From NCBI GenBank assembly GCA_034420475.1, contig DAOULH010000042.1, forward strand, positions 9,187 through 73,186: a DNA stretch of 64,000 nt. Reading direction: 5' to 3'. How positions within the stretch are numbered: position 1 is the stretch's first letter; every line of letters starts with the position of its first letter. The position numbers and the translations under genes were made by a program. This document shows, piece by piece, positions 1 through 8,304 of this stretch. This DNA is from Dehalococcoidia bacterium. GTDB lineage: Bacteria; Chloroflexota; Dehalococcoidia; Lucifugimonadales; UBA3495. Under the pieces are notes generated by a model. It saw only the letters and a program-made list of their open reading frames with translations. It was not told where the DNA came from and searched no databases.

Positions 1-1
1 C

Positions 2-2884
2 CTCACCGACGGCGTCCACTACTTCCTGCGCCGGGTGGGCGAGGAGAAACTGCCGCTGCGACGCGGGGAGACGCATCGCACCTTTGACCGGCCGGAACAG
101 GCGCCCCGGCTGCGGGAGTACCTGCACGGCATCATCTCGGCGCCGGCCGAAAACGTCAGCCCCACGGCGGAGAACCTGCAACGCTGCTTCGGCAGCGACT
201 CCGACGCCTTCCGCGCCGGCAACCTGCTCTTGCAGGAAGCCTACGCGGCCCGCCGCGACGACCCGACGGTGGCGGTGAAACGCCGGCTCTGGCAGGACCT
301 GCTCCAGGTGGCCCTGGGCAAGGACGCCGCCACGGCCGGCGACGAAAGCGACTGGCTGTTCATCCGGCACACCTACATCACCAGCCTGGTCGCCCTCATC
401 ATGCAGCAGCAACTGCTGGGCGACGTGGCCCGCCACGCCGCCGAAAGGCCGGACGCGCTGCTGAAAGGACGCATCCTGGCCGAGCAGTCCGACTTGCACG
501 GCGTCATCGACGCCGACCTGTTCACCTGGCCCACCGAGGCGGGAGAAAGCGCGTATCTGCGGGAAATCGCCCGCGTCGTCGAGCAATTTGACTGGACGCA
601 AAGCCCGCGCGAAGTGGCGCCCACCCTTTACCAGAACGTGATCACGCCGGACGAACGCAAGCGGCTGGGCGAATACTACACGCCGCGCTGGCTGGCCCAG
701 GAAATCACCGCAGCCGTGGTTGACGACCCGCTGCACCAACGGACGCTGGACCCATCCTGCGGAAGCGGCACGTTCATCGAAACCGCCATTGAGCGGATCA
801 TCAACCACGCCGGCGAACTGTCGGCGGCGGCAACGCTGCGGAAGTTGCAGGAGAACGTGGTCGGGATCGACATACACCCGGTGGCCGTCCAACTGGCCAA
901 GGCCACCTGGGTGATGGCCGCCGCCGGAACCATCCGCGCCGCCCGCGCCGAGAACACAGGCACCGGGACGGACACGGGCGCCGGCGCGGTGAGCGCGCCC
1001 ATCTACTTGGGCGATTCCATGCAGTTGCGCTACGACACCGGCACCCTGGCCGCCAGCCAGTCCATCGAACTGGAAACCCGCGAAACCCTGCCGGGCCACG
1101 CCGGGCCGGTCACCTTCAGCATTCCCAAGGAACTGGCCCGCCAGCAGGCCGACGTTGACCGGCTCATCTCCGAAATGGCCGCCGCCATCGACGAAGGGCG
1201 CGACGCGGAGCACGTCGCCGACGGCTACCCGATGTCTGACGAGTGCCGCCGGAGCATGCAGGCCGTCGCCGCCACGATGCGGGAACTGCACGCCGCCGGC
1301 CGCAACCACGTCTGGGCCTACTACATCCGCAACATGATCCGCCCGGCGGTGATCGCCGAGGAGAAGGTTGACCGCATCATCGGCAACCCGCCGTGGCTCA
1401 CCTACGGCCAGAGCGCGGACATCATCCGCGAGGAACTGCGCGGCATGAGCGAGCAGCGCTACCAGATCTGGGCCGGCGGCAAACTGGCCCCGCACCAGGA
1501 CATCGCCACGCTGTTCTACACCCGCTGCGCCGAGCTTTACGCCAAAGACGGCGCGGTCATCGGCATGGTGCTGCCCCACAGCGCCCTGCGCTCCGGACAA
1601 CACCTGAAATGGCGCGGCGGCAACTACAAGCGCAAGGGCGGGCGCAACGCGCCGAGCGTCAACGTGAACTTCAAGGTTCAAGAACCGTGGGACCTGGACA
1701 ACGTGACGCCGGACTTCTTTCCGATGCCGGCCAGCGTCGTGTTCGCGGAGTACGCGGCCGGCGAAACGGGCCGGCCGCTGGCGCCGGGAACCGTGGAGAC
1801 CTGGCGGGGCAACTGGCAGGACGACTACGCCGGCATCGCCAGGGTGTCGGAGGCCCTGCATCACGATGATGGCAAATTCAAGTCGCCCTACGCCGAACTT
1901 TCCAGTCAGGGGCCGACCATCCTTGACCGCCGGCTGTTCTTCGTTGACACGTTGCCGCACACTGCTGCTATTCCCGCCGCCAACAGCACCAACATCCGGG
2001 CACGTCAAGGCAGTCAGGATAACGTCAAGTACGATGGTCAACTGTACTTGCTGGACGGCGTGATACACAACGACCATTTGTTTGACGTGTACCTGAGTGA
2101 GTGCATTGCCCCTTACGTTGCGCTTGACCCGTTGCACGCAGCCCTGCCCGTGCATCGTCCGTCGATGACTATTCCCTTGCTACCCGACGACGGAGGGCTT
2201 GACGTAGCGGCGCTGAACTCCGCGATGCAACGCCGCTGGAATAATGCCTCTGCGATGTTCAGGGAAGCGCATCAAGGGCGCGTCATTATCGAGCTGTTTG
2301 ACAACCTGAACCACCTCAACAAACTCACCAGCCAGCTCGAATACTTGCAAGGCGCAATCGCCGGCGACGGAACTACGCGCATTGCCTACACCACGCAAGG
2401 CGAACCTACTGCGGCGCTAATCAGAGACAATCGTTCCATCGTAGACCACAAACTATTTCAGACGATTTGCCAATCCGAAGAAGAAGCCCATTACGTGCTT
2501 GCCATCATCAACAGCAACGAGTTGGCAACGCGAGCCAAGCCGTTCTGCACCACCAATTGGGCCAAGAAAATCAGAGACTTTCACAAGCACGGCTGGAAGT
2601 TGCCCATCCCGCGCTACGACGCCGGCGAGTCGCTGCACGTCAAGCTGAGCGAGTTGGGAGCGTCGGCGGAGTCGGAGTGCGCGGCGCTGATCGCGGGCAG
2701 CGGGATACTGGATCGTCCGGCCGGCGACGCCCAATCCCGCGCGGCCCGCCGCCTGCTGCGCCACGAGTGGCAGCCGGAGAGCGAAACGGCGCGTCTGATA
2801 GAATTGATGGTAGCCGAACTAATGAGCGACCCGGGGCAGGCTGACTTGGCGGGGCGGCAGATGACAACCCCAGGGACACGGTAA
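2..2884 (+). CDS. Large N6-adenine DNA methyltransferase (gamma-class, Eco57I/type IIG-like); 5-prime end runs off the window
   Basis: The frame is open from base 2 (LTDGVHYFLRR precedes the first listed start at 35). EYYTPRW, then DPSCGSGTF (SAM motif I), then IIGNPPW (motif IV), followed by about 500 aa of C-terminal extension. Confidence 0.85.
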   Translation, partial: LTDGVHYFLRRVGEEKLPLRRGETHRTFDRPEQAPRLREYLHGIISAPAENVSPTAENLQRCFGSDSDAFRAGNLLLQEAYAARRDDPTVAVKRRLWQDLLQVALGKDAATAGDESDWLFIRHTYITSLVALIMQQQLLGDVARHAAERPDALLKGRILAEQSDLHGVIDADLFTWPTEAGESAYLREIARVVEQFDWTQSPREVAPTLYQNVITPDERKRLGEYYTPRWLAQEITAAVVDDPLHQRTLDPSCGSGTFIETAIERIINHAGELSAAATLRKLQENVVGIDIHPVAVQLAKATWVMAAAGTIRAARAENTGTGTDTGAGAVSAPIYLGDSMQLRYDTGTLAASQSIELETRETLPGHAGPVTFSIPKELARQQADVDRLISEMAAAIDEGRDAEHVADGYPMSDECRRSMQAVAATMRELHAAGRNHVWAYYIRNMIRPAVIAEEKVDRIIGNPPWLTYGQSADIIREELRGMSEQRYQIWAGGKLAPHQDIATLFYTRCAELYAKDGAVIGMVLPHSALRSGQHLKWRGGNYKRKGGRNAPSVNVNFKVQEPWDLDNVTPDFFPMPASVVFAEYAAGETGRPLAPGTVETWRGNWQDDYAGIARVSEALHHDDGKFKSPYAELSSQGPTILDRRLFFVDTLPHTAAIPAANSTNIRARQGSQDNVKYDGQLYLLDGVIHNDHLFDVYLSECIAPYVALDPLHAALPVHRPSMTIPLLPDDGGLDVAALNSAMQRRWNNASAMFREAHQGRVIIELFDNLNHLNKLTSQLEYLQGAIAGDGTTRIAYTTQGEPTAALIRDNRSIVDHKLFQTICQSEEEAHYVLAIINSNELATRAKPFCTTNWAKKIRDFHKHGWKLPIPRYDAGESLHVKLSELGASAESECAALIAGSGILDRPAGDAQSRAARRLLRHEWQPESETARLIELMVAELMSDPGQADLAGRQMTTPGTR

Positions 2885-3531
2885 TGCCAGACACAAGCAC
2901 TATGCCAAACCCAACGGAAGAGCGACCGTTTGCAGTAACCGCCGAGAGATACAACGCGGAACACGCAAGCGGTAAAGTGACCGGTTCCAACTTCCCGTTT
3001 CATGAAGTACGAAACCTGCCAGGGTACGCGGAGCGGGCCACACCCGGTTTGACGGGAAGCGACGTGGTCAAGGAGTTAGCCCGCCACCTTGCGGAGTACG
3101 CAAAGCGAAACGGCTGTCCATTACCTTACGAACAACGCGATGTCGCAATCTACCTATGGGCCCAGGCCAGCCGTCGTATGCTGGAGTGGCAAGAGATACT
3201 GCATGCGGTGCGCGCGACTCGGAAGAGAGACCGACGCCCGCGGATCGCTCATTACTTCGGCTACCGCTCAATCATGCGAAAGCAAGGCAGAGCAAAGGAC
3301 CGGAAACTCATCAAACTGATCCGATACATCACGCAGGAAGGCGAATGCACCGGATGTGGGACAGAGTTCCCGTTTGAGCATCTAACCCTAGACAGAATCC
3401 AACCAGGCAAAGCAAACGGCACATACAACTTGCCCAACGTGCAACTGATGTGCCGGCCCTGCAACAACAGCAAGGGAGACAGCTTCGGCTTTTCGCCCCC
3501 CTCTAACCCATCGATGTCCCCGAAGCATTGA
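2884..3531 (+). CDS. HNH endonuclease
   Basis: The ATG overlaps the methyltransferase stop by 1 nt (TAATG). C-terminal CTGCG...HLTLDRIQPGKANGTYNLPNVQLMCRPCNNSKGD is an HNH/Cys-box motif. Confidence 0.8.
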   Translation: MPDTSTMPNPTEERPFAVTAERYNAEHASGKVTGSNFPFHEVRNLPGYAERATPGLTGSDVVKELARHLAEYAKRNGCPLPYEQRDVAIYLWAQASRRMLEWQEILHAVRATRKRDRRPRIAHYFGYRSIMRKQGRAKDRKLIKLIRYITQEGECTGCGTEFPFEHLTLDRIQPGKANGTYNLPNVQLMCRPCNNSKGDSFGFSPPSNPSMSPKH

Positions 3532-3554
3532 TAGAGCCGCTCAAGAACAGAATT

Positions 3555-3600
3555 ACGGCCAATATCGGCGAGGGGCCGCACGCCGGCAGTGGGGAGTGAG
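3555..3600. repeat. Fragment of the R1 element tail (GGCCAA..CGGCGAGGGGCCGCACGCCGGC..GAGTGAG)
   Basis: Near-identical to 4396-4437, the tail of R1 copy 2. Confidence 0.7.
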
Positions 3601-3643
3601 TTGACGGCCGCGCCAACCTCACGCGCGCCCGCTTTCGACTATG

Positions 3644-3750
3644 GTGTTGTCAGAATCAGGATTTGCGGGATTATGGGATTGGCAGGATTGGGTTGGTCGG
3701 CGCTGGCGCTGCGGCATCCTGGAAATCCTGCTTCTGACGATCCCCGGAGG
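3644..3750. repeat. R1 GGATT-rich palindromic element, copy 1 (short right arm)
   Basis: GTGTTGTCAGAATCAGGATTTGCGGGATTATGGGATTGGCAGGATTGGGTTGG...CATCCTGGAAATCCTGCTTCTGACGAT. Its 3-prime end supplies GGAGG and the ATG of the next gene. Confidence 0.9.
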
Positions 3751-3756
3751 ATAACC

Positions 3757-3981
3757 ATGAACCAACTGCTGCAAGAAGCCTTCAACCGGGCCGCCGCCCT
3801 GCCTGCCGAAGAACAGGACCGGCTCGCCAGATTCCTGCTGGCAGAGCTTGAGGCTGACCAAAAATGGGACCAGCTATTCGACCAGCCGGAATCGGATGAG
3901 TTGCTGAGCCGCCTCGCCATTGAAACTCTGGCCGACCACCGAGCCGGCGCCACCGCTCCATTGGACCCGGCCGACCTCTAG
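3757..3981 (+). CDS. Type II antitoxin-like protein (74 aa), copy 1
   Basis: GGAGG lies 7 nt upstream of the ATG. The stop is 2 nt before the toxin start. Small acidic helical protein (MNQLLQEAFNRAAALPAEEQDRLARFLLAELE...). A near-identical copy sits at 5837-6061. Confidence 0.65.
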   Translation: MNQLLQEAFNRAAALPAEEQDRLARFLLAELEADQKWDQLFDQPESDELLSRLAIETLADHRAGATAPLDPADL

Positions 3982-3983
3982 CC

Positions 3984-4253
3984 ATGCGTTCTTTCACGCG
4001 AGGCAGCTTCTGGAATGCCTACCGCCTGCTGCCCAACCACGTCAAACAGCAGGCCAGGAACGCGTACACCCTGTTCCAGGACAACCCGAGCCACCCGAGC
4101 CTGAATTTCAAGCGCGTCGGGCGCAGACATCCCGTTTACTCGGTGCGCGTCAGCGCCGGCTACCGCGCTCTTGGCGTGATGGAACAGAACGACATCATCT
4201 GGTTCTGGATCGGGTCACACCAAGAGTACGACCGACTACTCCGACGCAGTTAG
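3984..4253 (+). CDS. RelE/ParE-superfamily toxin (89 aa), copy 1, intact
   Basis: Tightly coupled to the upstream antitoxin. ...HPSLNFKRV...YSVRVSAGYRALGVMEQNDIIWFWIGSHQEYDRLL is the pattern seen in ParE/RelE-fold toxins. Confidence 0.7.
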   Translation: MRSFTRGSFWNAYRLLPNHVKQQARNAYTLFQDNPSHPSLNFKRVGRRHPVYSVRVSAGYRALGVMEQNDIIWFWIGSHQEYDRLLRRS

Positions 4254-4264
4254 CCCGACGGGGG

Positions 4265-4437
4265 GTGTTGTCAGAATCAGGATTTGCGGGATTACGGGAT
4301 TGGCAGGATTGGGTTGGTCGGCGCTGGCGCTGCGGCATCCTGAAAATCCGATAATCCTGGCAATCCAGGTTCTGACGATTTCCCGGCGGTATAAGGGCCA
4401 ACACCGGCGAGGGGCCGCACGCCGGCGAGGAGTGAGC
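4265..4437. repeat. R1 element, copy 2 (full length plus tail)
   Basis: The left arm has four GGATT units and the right arm has four AATCC units. The outer inverted repeat is GTCAGAA/TTCTGAC. The tail reads GGCCAACACCGGCGAGGGGCCGCACGCCGGCGAGGAGTGAGCC. Confidence 0.9.
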
Positions 4438-4637
4438 CGGCGGGTGCGCGCTGGATACTTTGAAACCGTTGACCTGAGGCACTTATTGTCGAGGGACACC
4501 TCAGCGAACCGCGTTTCGCCGATGGGTCCCTAAACATATTCTGGTCCATGGTCGAAGAACAGGCACAGTAACCCGTTGCGACCCGAATTGCCTTCAGATA
4601 CCCTGAAACCGACCCCCATCCTTCCCGGAGGAGCGAA

Positions 4638-4916
4638 ATGGGAAACCACCCGGCATCAGACTGCGACGCCATTGAGGATGCCCGCGAAACCATCGCCGGC
4701 ATTCGGGAACTCGAACAAGTCTCCGCTGCATTCAGGAAAGCATTGCAGACCTTGGACAATCCTCGCTCCGGCCTGTGGGCCGGCATGACCACCGACCTGG
4801 TAATGAGGTTCGCCCCGGACCAGGAAACCCTGGCCAGGGACCTTCGCGCCATCTCGCCCCAAGGGCCCGCCCGGACCAAGTTCCTGGACCCCCACCCCAA
4901 GGTCATGGTCCTATGA
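4638..4916 (+). CDS. Small protein (92 aa), upstream partner of the retropepsin-like protease, pair A
   Basis: GGAGG lies 6 nt upstream. Homologous to 6461-6733 (shared NPR..WAGM and LDPxP..M.L C-terminus). Its stop overlaps the protease start (ATGA). Confidence 0.6.
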   Translation: MGNHPASDCDAIEDARETIAGIRELEQVSAAFRKALQTLDNPRSGLWAGMTTDLVMRFAPDQETLARDLRAISPQGPARTKFLDPHPKVMVL

Positions 4917-5353
4917 TCCAAGGCTGGTTTGAAGACGCACAACCCACCATTATGGCGCGGGTCCTCATCCCCAGGCTCATGGTCAACGCCTACGCCACAT
5001 TCCTGGTCGACACCGGTTCCGACTCCACCGGAATCCATCCCGACCCCACCGTCTTTGCCGACCTGCCCTACGCGCAACTCGAAAACCCCTTCGTCATCAC
5101 CGGCGCAACCGGCAGCTCAAGGCGCTTCACCGAACCCGCGACCATCGCCATTGCCAGCGCCGACGGCGCCTCGGTTTACCACTACGACGTAGACATCTGG
5201 ATAGGGACGCCCCAAGATGTCCCTGCCGGCTTGCCCTGCATACTTGGTCAGGACATCCTCAAAGACCTGCGGATGACCCACGACCCCACGGACGACATCC
5301 TTACTTTCCATGTACGCAGAGCCGATCACACCATCACACTGTCCGGCCACTGA
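4913..5353 (+). CDS. Retropepsin-like (clan AA) aspartic protease, pair A
   Basis: FLVDTGSDST active-site motif and ILGQDIL flap-like motif. The ATG at 4913 overlaps the upstream stop. Confidence 0.75.
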   Translation: MIQGWFEDAQPTIMARVLIPRLMVNAYATFLVDTGSDSTGIHPDPTVFADLPYAQLENPFVITGATGSSRRFTEPATIAIASADGASVYHYDVDIWIGTPQDVPAGLPCILGQDILKDLRMTHDPTDDILTFHVRRADHTITLSGH

Positions 5354-5548
5354 CCGACCCGGCGCCAACCCCAGACACCAGACAAGCCGTTGCACATCGC
5401 GACGCTCACACCGGTCAGGTCGCGGTAGCGGCCCCCACGCCTCGCCGACTACACCGGAACGAGTGCGCCGGTCGGCATTGACACCACACCGACCACCCTC
5501 GCGTTCCACGTGAAGAGTGAGCGTAAAACAGTGGTTTTGGGTCTAACC

Positions 5549-5585
5549 TGCACAAATAATCGCCTCAAAACCGATTATTTGTGCA
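5549..5585. other. Perfect AT-rich hairpin (14-bp stems TGCACAAATAATCG / CGATTATTTGTGCA, 9-nt loop)
   Basis: Read directly. It sits in an AT-richer stretch between protease A and R1 copy 3. Confidence 0.8.
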
Positions 5586-5706
5586 AAGCTGACGAAACCC
5601 CACGGCATAATAGATGACATGATCCGCACGCTGGAATTCGCCCTGCGTTACTGAACCCAGATAACTGCGATCACGCCAACCTCGCGCGCGCCCGCTTGCA
5701 ACCGTA

Positions 5707-5830
5707 GTGTTGTCAGAATCAGGATTTGCGGGATTACGGGATTGGCAGGATTGGGTTGGTCGGCGCTGGCGCTGCGGCATCCTGAAAATCCGATAATCCT
5801 GGCCATCCTGGCGCTGACGATCCCCGGAGG
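5707..5830. repeat. R1 element, copy 3 (full length)
   Basis: Nearly identical to copy 2 over both arms. As in copy 1, it ends in CCCCGGAGGATAACC followed by ATG. Confidence 0.9.
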
Positions 5831-5836
5831 ATAACC

Positions 5837-6061
5837 ATGAACCAACTGCTTCAAGAAGCCTTCAACCGGGCCGCCGCCCTGCCTTCCGAAGAACAGGACC
5901 GGCTCGCCAGATTCTTGCTGGCAGAGCTTGAGGCTGACCAGAAATGGGACCAACTATTCGACCGGCCGGAATCAGATGAGTTGCTGAGCCGCCTCGCCAT
6001 TGAAACTTTGGCCGACCACCGAGCCGGCGCCAGTACTCCATTGGACCCGGCCGACCTCTAA
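5837..6061 (+). CDS. Type II antitoxin-like protein (74 aa), copy 2
   Basis: Differs from 3757-3981 at only a few residues (A17S, Q43R, AT-to-ST). Confidence 0.65.
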   Translation: MNQLLQEAFNRAAALPSEEQDRLARFLLAELEADQKWDQLFDRPESDELLSRLAIETLADHRAGASTPLDPADL

Positions 6062-6063
6062 CC

Positions 6064-6334
6064 ATGCGTTCTTTCACCCGCGGCGGCTTCTGGAATGCCT
6101 ACCGCCTGCTGCCCAACCACGTCAAACAGCAGGCCAGGAACGCGTACACCCTGTTTCAGGACAACCCGAGCCACCCGAGCCTGAATTTCAAACGCGTCGG
6201 CCGCAGACACCCCGTTTTACTCGGTGCGCGTCAGCGCCGGATACCGCGCTCTTGGCGTGATGGAACAGAACGACATCATCTGGTTCTGGATCGGGTCACA
6301 TCAAGAGTACGACCGGCTGCTCCGACGCGGTTAG
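6064..6334 (+). pseudogene. RelE/ParE-like toxin, copy 2, frameshifted
   Basis: CCCGTTTTACTCGG here against CCCGTTTACTCGG in copy 1 gives a +1 T insertion near 6215. The original stop TAG at 6332-6334 is then out of frame. Confidence 0.8.
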
Positions 6335-6347
6335 CCCGACAGCGGGG

Positions 6348-6414
6348 GTGTCGTCAGAATCAGGATTTGCGGGATTTTGGGATTGGCAGGATTGGGTTGG
6401 CCGGCGCTGCGGCA
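6348..6414. repeat. R1 element, copy 4 (left arm and loop only)
   Basis: GTGTCGTCAGAATCAGGATTTGCGGGATTTTGGGATTGGCAGGATTGGGTTGGCCGGCGCTGCGGCA, after which similarity ends. Confidence 0.85.
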
Positions 6415-6460
6415 GATGCACAACACATGGATTGAACAACTGACCAAGAACGGAGGCGGA

Positions 6461-6733
6461 ATGAGCGAACCCATTCCCACAACGCCCAAAGAAGCGGCGC
6501 GCATCTCTGCCCAAATGGCAGAATACGAAGCCGTCTCGACCTGCCTGCGGGCCGAAACCGAAGGGATGAGCCAACAGAATCCGCGCCAGTGGGCGGGCAT
6601 GAACTCCGACCGGGAGCTCACCCTGGCCGAAACGCTGCCGGAACTGCTGGCAAAACTCAGGCCCGGAGGCGACCGCCAACGCATGGTGGCAGTACTGTAC
6701 CTCGACCCCGACCCGCCGGAGATGATCCTGTGA
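6461..6733 (+). CDS. Small protein (90 aa), upstream partner of the retropepsin-like protease, pair B
   Basis: GGAGG lies 6 nt upstream of the ATG at 6461. Homolog of 4638-4916. Its stop overlaps the protease GTG (GTGA). Confidence 0.6.
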   Translation: MSEPIPTTPKEAARISAQMAEYEAVSTCLRAETEGMSQQNPRQWAGMNSDRELTLAETLPELLAKLRPGGDRQRMVAVLYLDPDPPEMIL

Positions 6734-7143
6734 TCGCCGGTTACTACCGCGACCGCCGGCCAATGATGAGAACCCACGTGACGTTGCCCAGACTGGATGC
6801 TGAAGGCCAAATAGACATCCTGGTCGATACCGGCGCGCAGGTCACGTGCATCCTCGGGCCGGACAGCGACGTACTGAACCTGCCTTATGAGTCCCTCGGA
6901 CAACCGGCGACGCTCCACGGCGTTGGCGGCGCCACCGTCATGTACCGAGAGCCGGCGCTCCTCACGTTCCGGGACTCAGAAAACGGCCGGATCTACCGGT
7001 ACCGCACCGAAGTCAGGATCGGACCCCGCGCCGGATCGGCCAACATTCTGCCGTCCCTGCTGGGCCAGGACATCCTCCAGCACTGGAGCCTGCTCCACGA
7101 ACCGGCTACCGGAAGACTTGAAGCCACGCCACTCACCGGCTGA
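6730..7143 (+). CDS. Retropepsin-like (clan AA) aspartic protease, pair B
   Basis: ILVDTGAQVT and LLGQDIL motifs. Paralog of 4913-5353. The GTG start overlaps the upstream stop. Confidence 0.7.
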   Translation: MIAGYYRDRRPMMRTHVTLPRLDAEGQIDILVDTGAQVTCILGPDSDVLNLPYESLGQPATLHGVGGATVMYREPALLTFRDSENGRIYRYRTEVRIGPRAGSANILPSLLGQDILQHWSLLHEPATGRLEATPLTG

Positions 7144-7167
7144 CGCTGCCCCAGGCTCCTGCGCCGT

Positions 7168-7276
7168 CCGCGTCAGCGCCGGCTACCGCGCTCTTGGCGT
7201 GATGGAACAGAACGACATCATCCGGTTCTGGATCGGGTCACATCAAGAGCACGACCGGCTGCTCCGACGCGGTTAG
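7168..7276 (+). pseudogene. 3-prime fragment of a third RelE/ParE-like toxin gene
   Basis: VRVSAGYRALGVMEQNDIIRFWIGSHQEHDRLLRRG* matches the C-terminal third of 3984-4253. No 5-prime part is present. Confidence 0.8.
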
Positions 7277-7288
7277 CCCGACAGCGGG

Positions 7289-7430
7289 GATGTTGTCAGA
7301 ATCAGGATTTGCGGGATTTTGGGATTGGCAGGATTGGGTTGGCCGGCGCTGACGCTGCGGCATCGTGAAAATCCGATAATCCTGGCAATCCTGGCGCTGA
7401 CGATTTCCCGGCGGGATAAAGGCCAACATC
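7289..7430. repeat. R1 element, copy 5 (full length)
   Basis: Both arms are present. The tail is diverged (GGGATAAAGGCCAACATCGCG). Confidence 0.9.
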
Positions 7431-7580
7431 GCGAGCTGGCTCACGCCGGTTTCCCCGGGCGGGGTTTTGCCAATGGCGCGCTTGACGGTAACCCGAAAGG
7501 GACGTTATGCTGATCCTGATTTGCCCCCCGTCCGCACGAGCTGGCTTGCGCCAGTTTCCCCGGCCGGGGTTTTTTTGATT

Positions 7581-8171
7581 ATGGACACCATAGTTTTCAT
7601 TGACGGCCAGAATCTCTACCACTCGGCAAAGGACGCTTGGCACGGCAACCCTATGGACAAAGCATCGTCATATGCTTGGCCTAGTTACGATGTCGAAAAA
7701 ATAGCCGACGCCCTGGTCAGCAGAGAGGCCGGCCGTGTTCTGTCCCAAATCCGCTTCTATACTGGCGTTCCGAGTCGCTCCGGTAACCCGTATTGGCACG
7801 ATTTTTGGTTAAATAAGCTCCGCTACTTGGCCCGCCGGGGCATCTACGTTTATCAGGGCAAGGTCAACCGGGGCGGCCAGGAAAAGGGCGTTGACGTCAG
7901 CCTGGCCCTGGACTTGGTGCAGGCTACTCACGAACGTCGCTACGACGTCGCCATCATCGTCAGCCAGGATTCCGACTTCAGCCCGGCGGTCAGCCTGGCC
8001 AAGCAGGTTGCCGCGTCGTAGAACCGGACGCTCACTTTTGAATGCGCGTTCCCCGTGGGTCCAGGCAGCGCTTTCCGCCGCGGCATCCACGGCACAAACT
8101 GGGTTAGGATAGACCGGGCGATGTACGACGCCTGCCTGGACCCCCGAGACTACCGCCCCGCCAGACGCTGA
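7581..8171 (+). pseudogene. NYN/LabA-like domain protein, C-terminal part disrupted
   Basis: MDTIVFIDGQNLYHS...EKGVDVSLALDL...IIVSQDSDFSP is NYN-like. A stop at 8019-8021 is followed, in shifted frames, by further coding-like sequence (FPVGPGS..., then IDRAMYDACLDPRDYRP*), consistent with a disrupted C-terminus. Confidence 0.6.
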
Positions 8172-8175
8172 CCCC

Positions 8176-8236
8176 AGCCCAATCCTGAAAATCCCGCTTC
8201 TGACGATTTCCCGGCGGGGTAACGGCCAACGTTGGC
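8176..8236. repeat. R1 element, copy 6 (right arm and tail only)
   Basis: CCCAATCCTGAAAATCCCGCTTCTGACGATTTCCCGGCGGGGTAACGGCCAACG. Confidence 0.8.
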
Positions 8237-8304
8237 GTCCCGGAGCAAGCCGCACTGGCGGAGCGGCCGTTGGCAGCGCAGGATAGTACAAGGACGACCG
8301 CCAA

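Noticed and set aside
5565-5953. Minus-strand ORFs across R1 copy 3 (71 and 101 aa), and similar ones over every R1 copy (e.g. 4195-4482, 7238-7444)
   Set aside because: Their sequences (…QSCQSRNPANPDSDN…, …PNPANPVIPQILILTT…) are simply the GGATT/AATCC repeat read in frame. They recur wherever the repeat occurs.
3540-8240. The R1 repeats as a CRISPR array
   Set aside because: The repeats are 60-170 bp, strongly palindromic and variably truncated. The intervening 'spacers' are 0.5-1.3 kb and contain genes. There are no cas genes.
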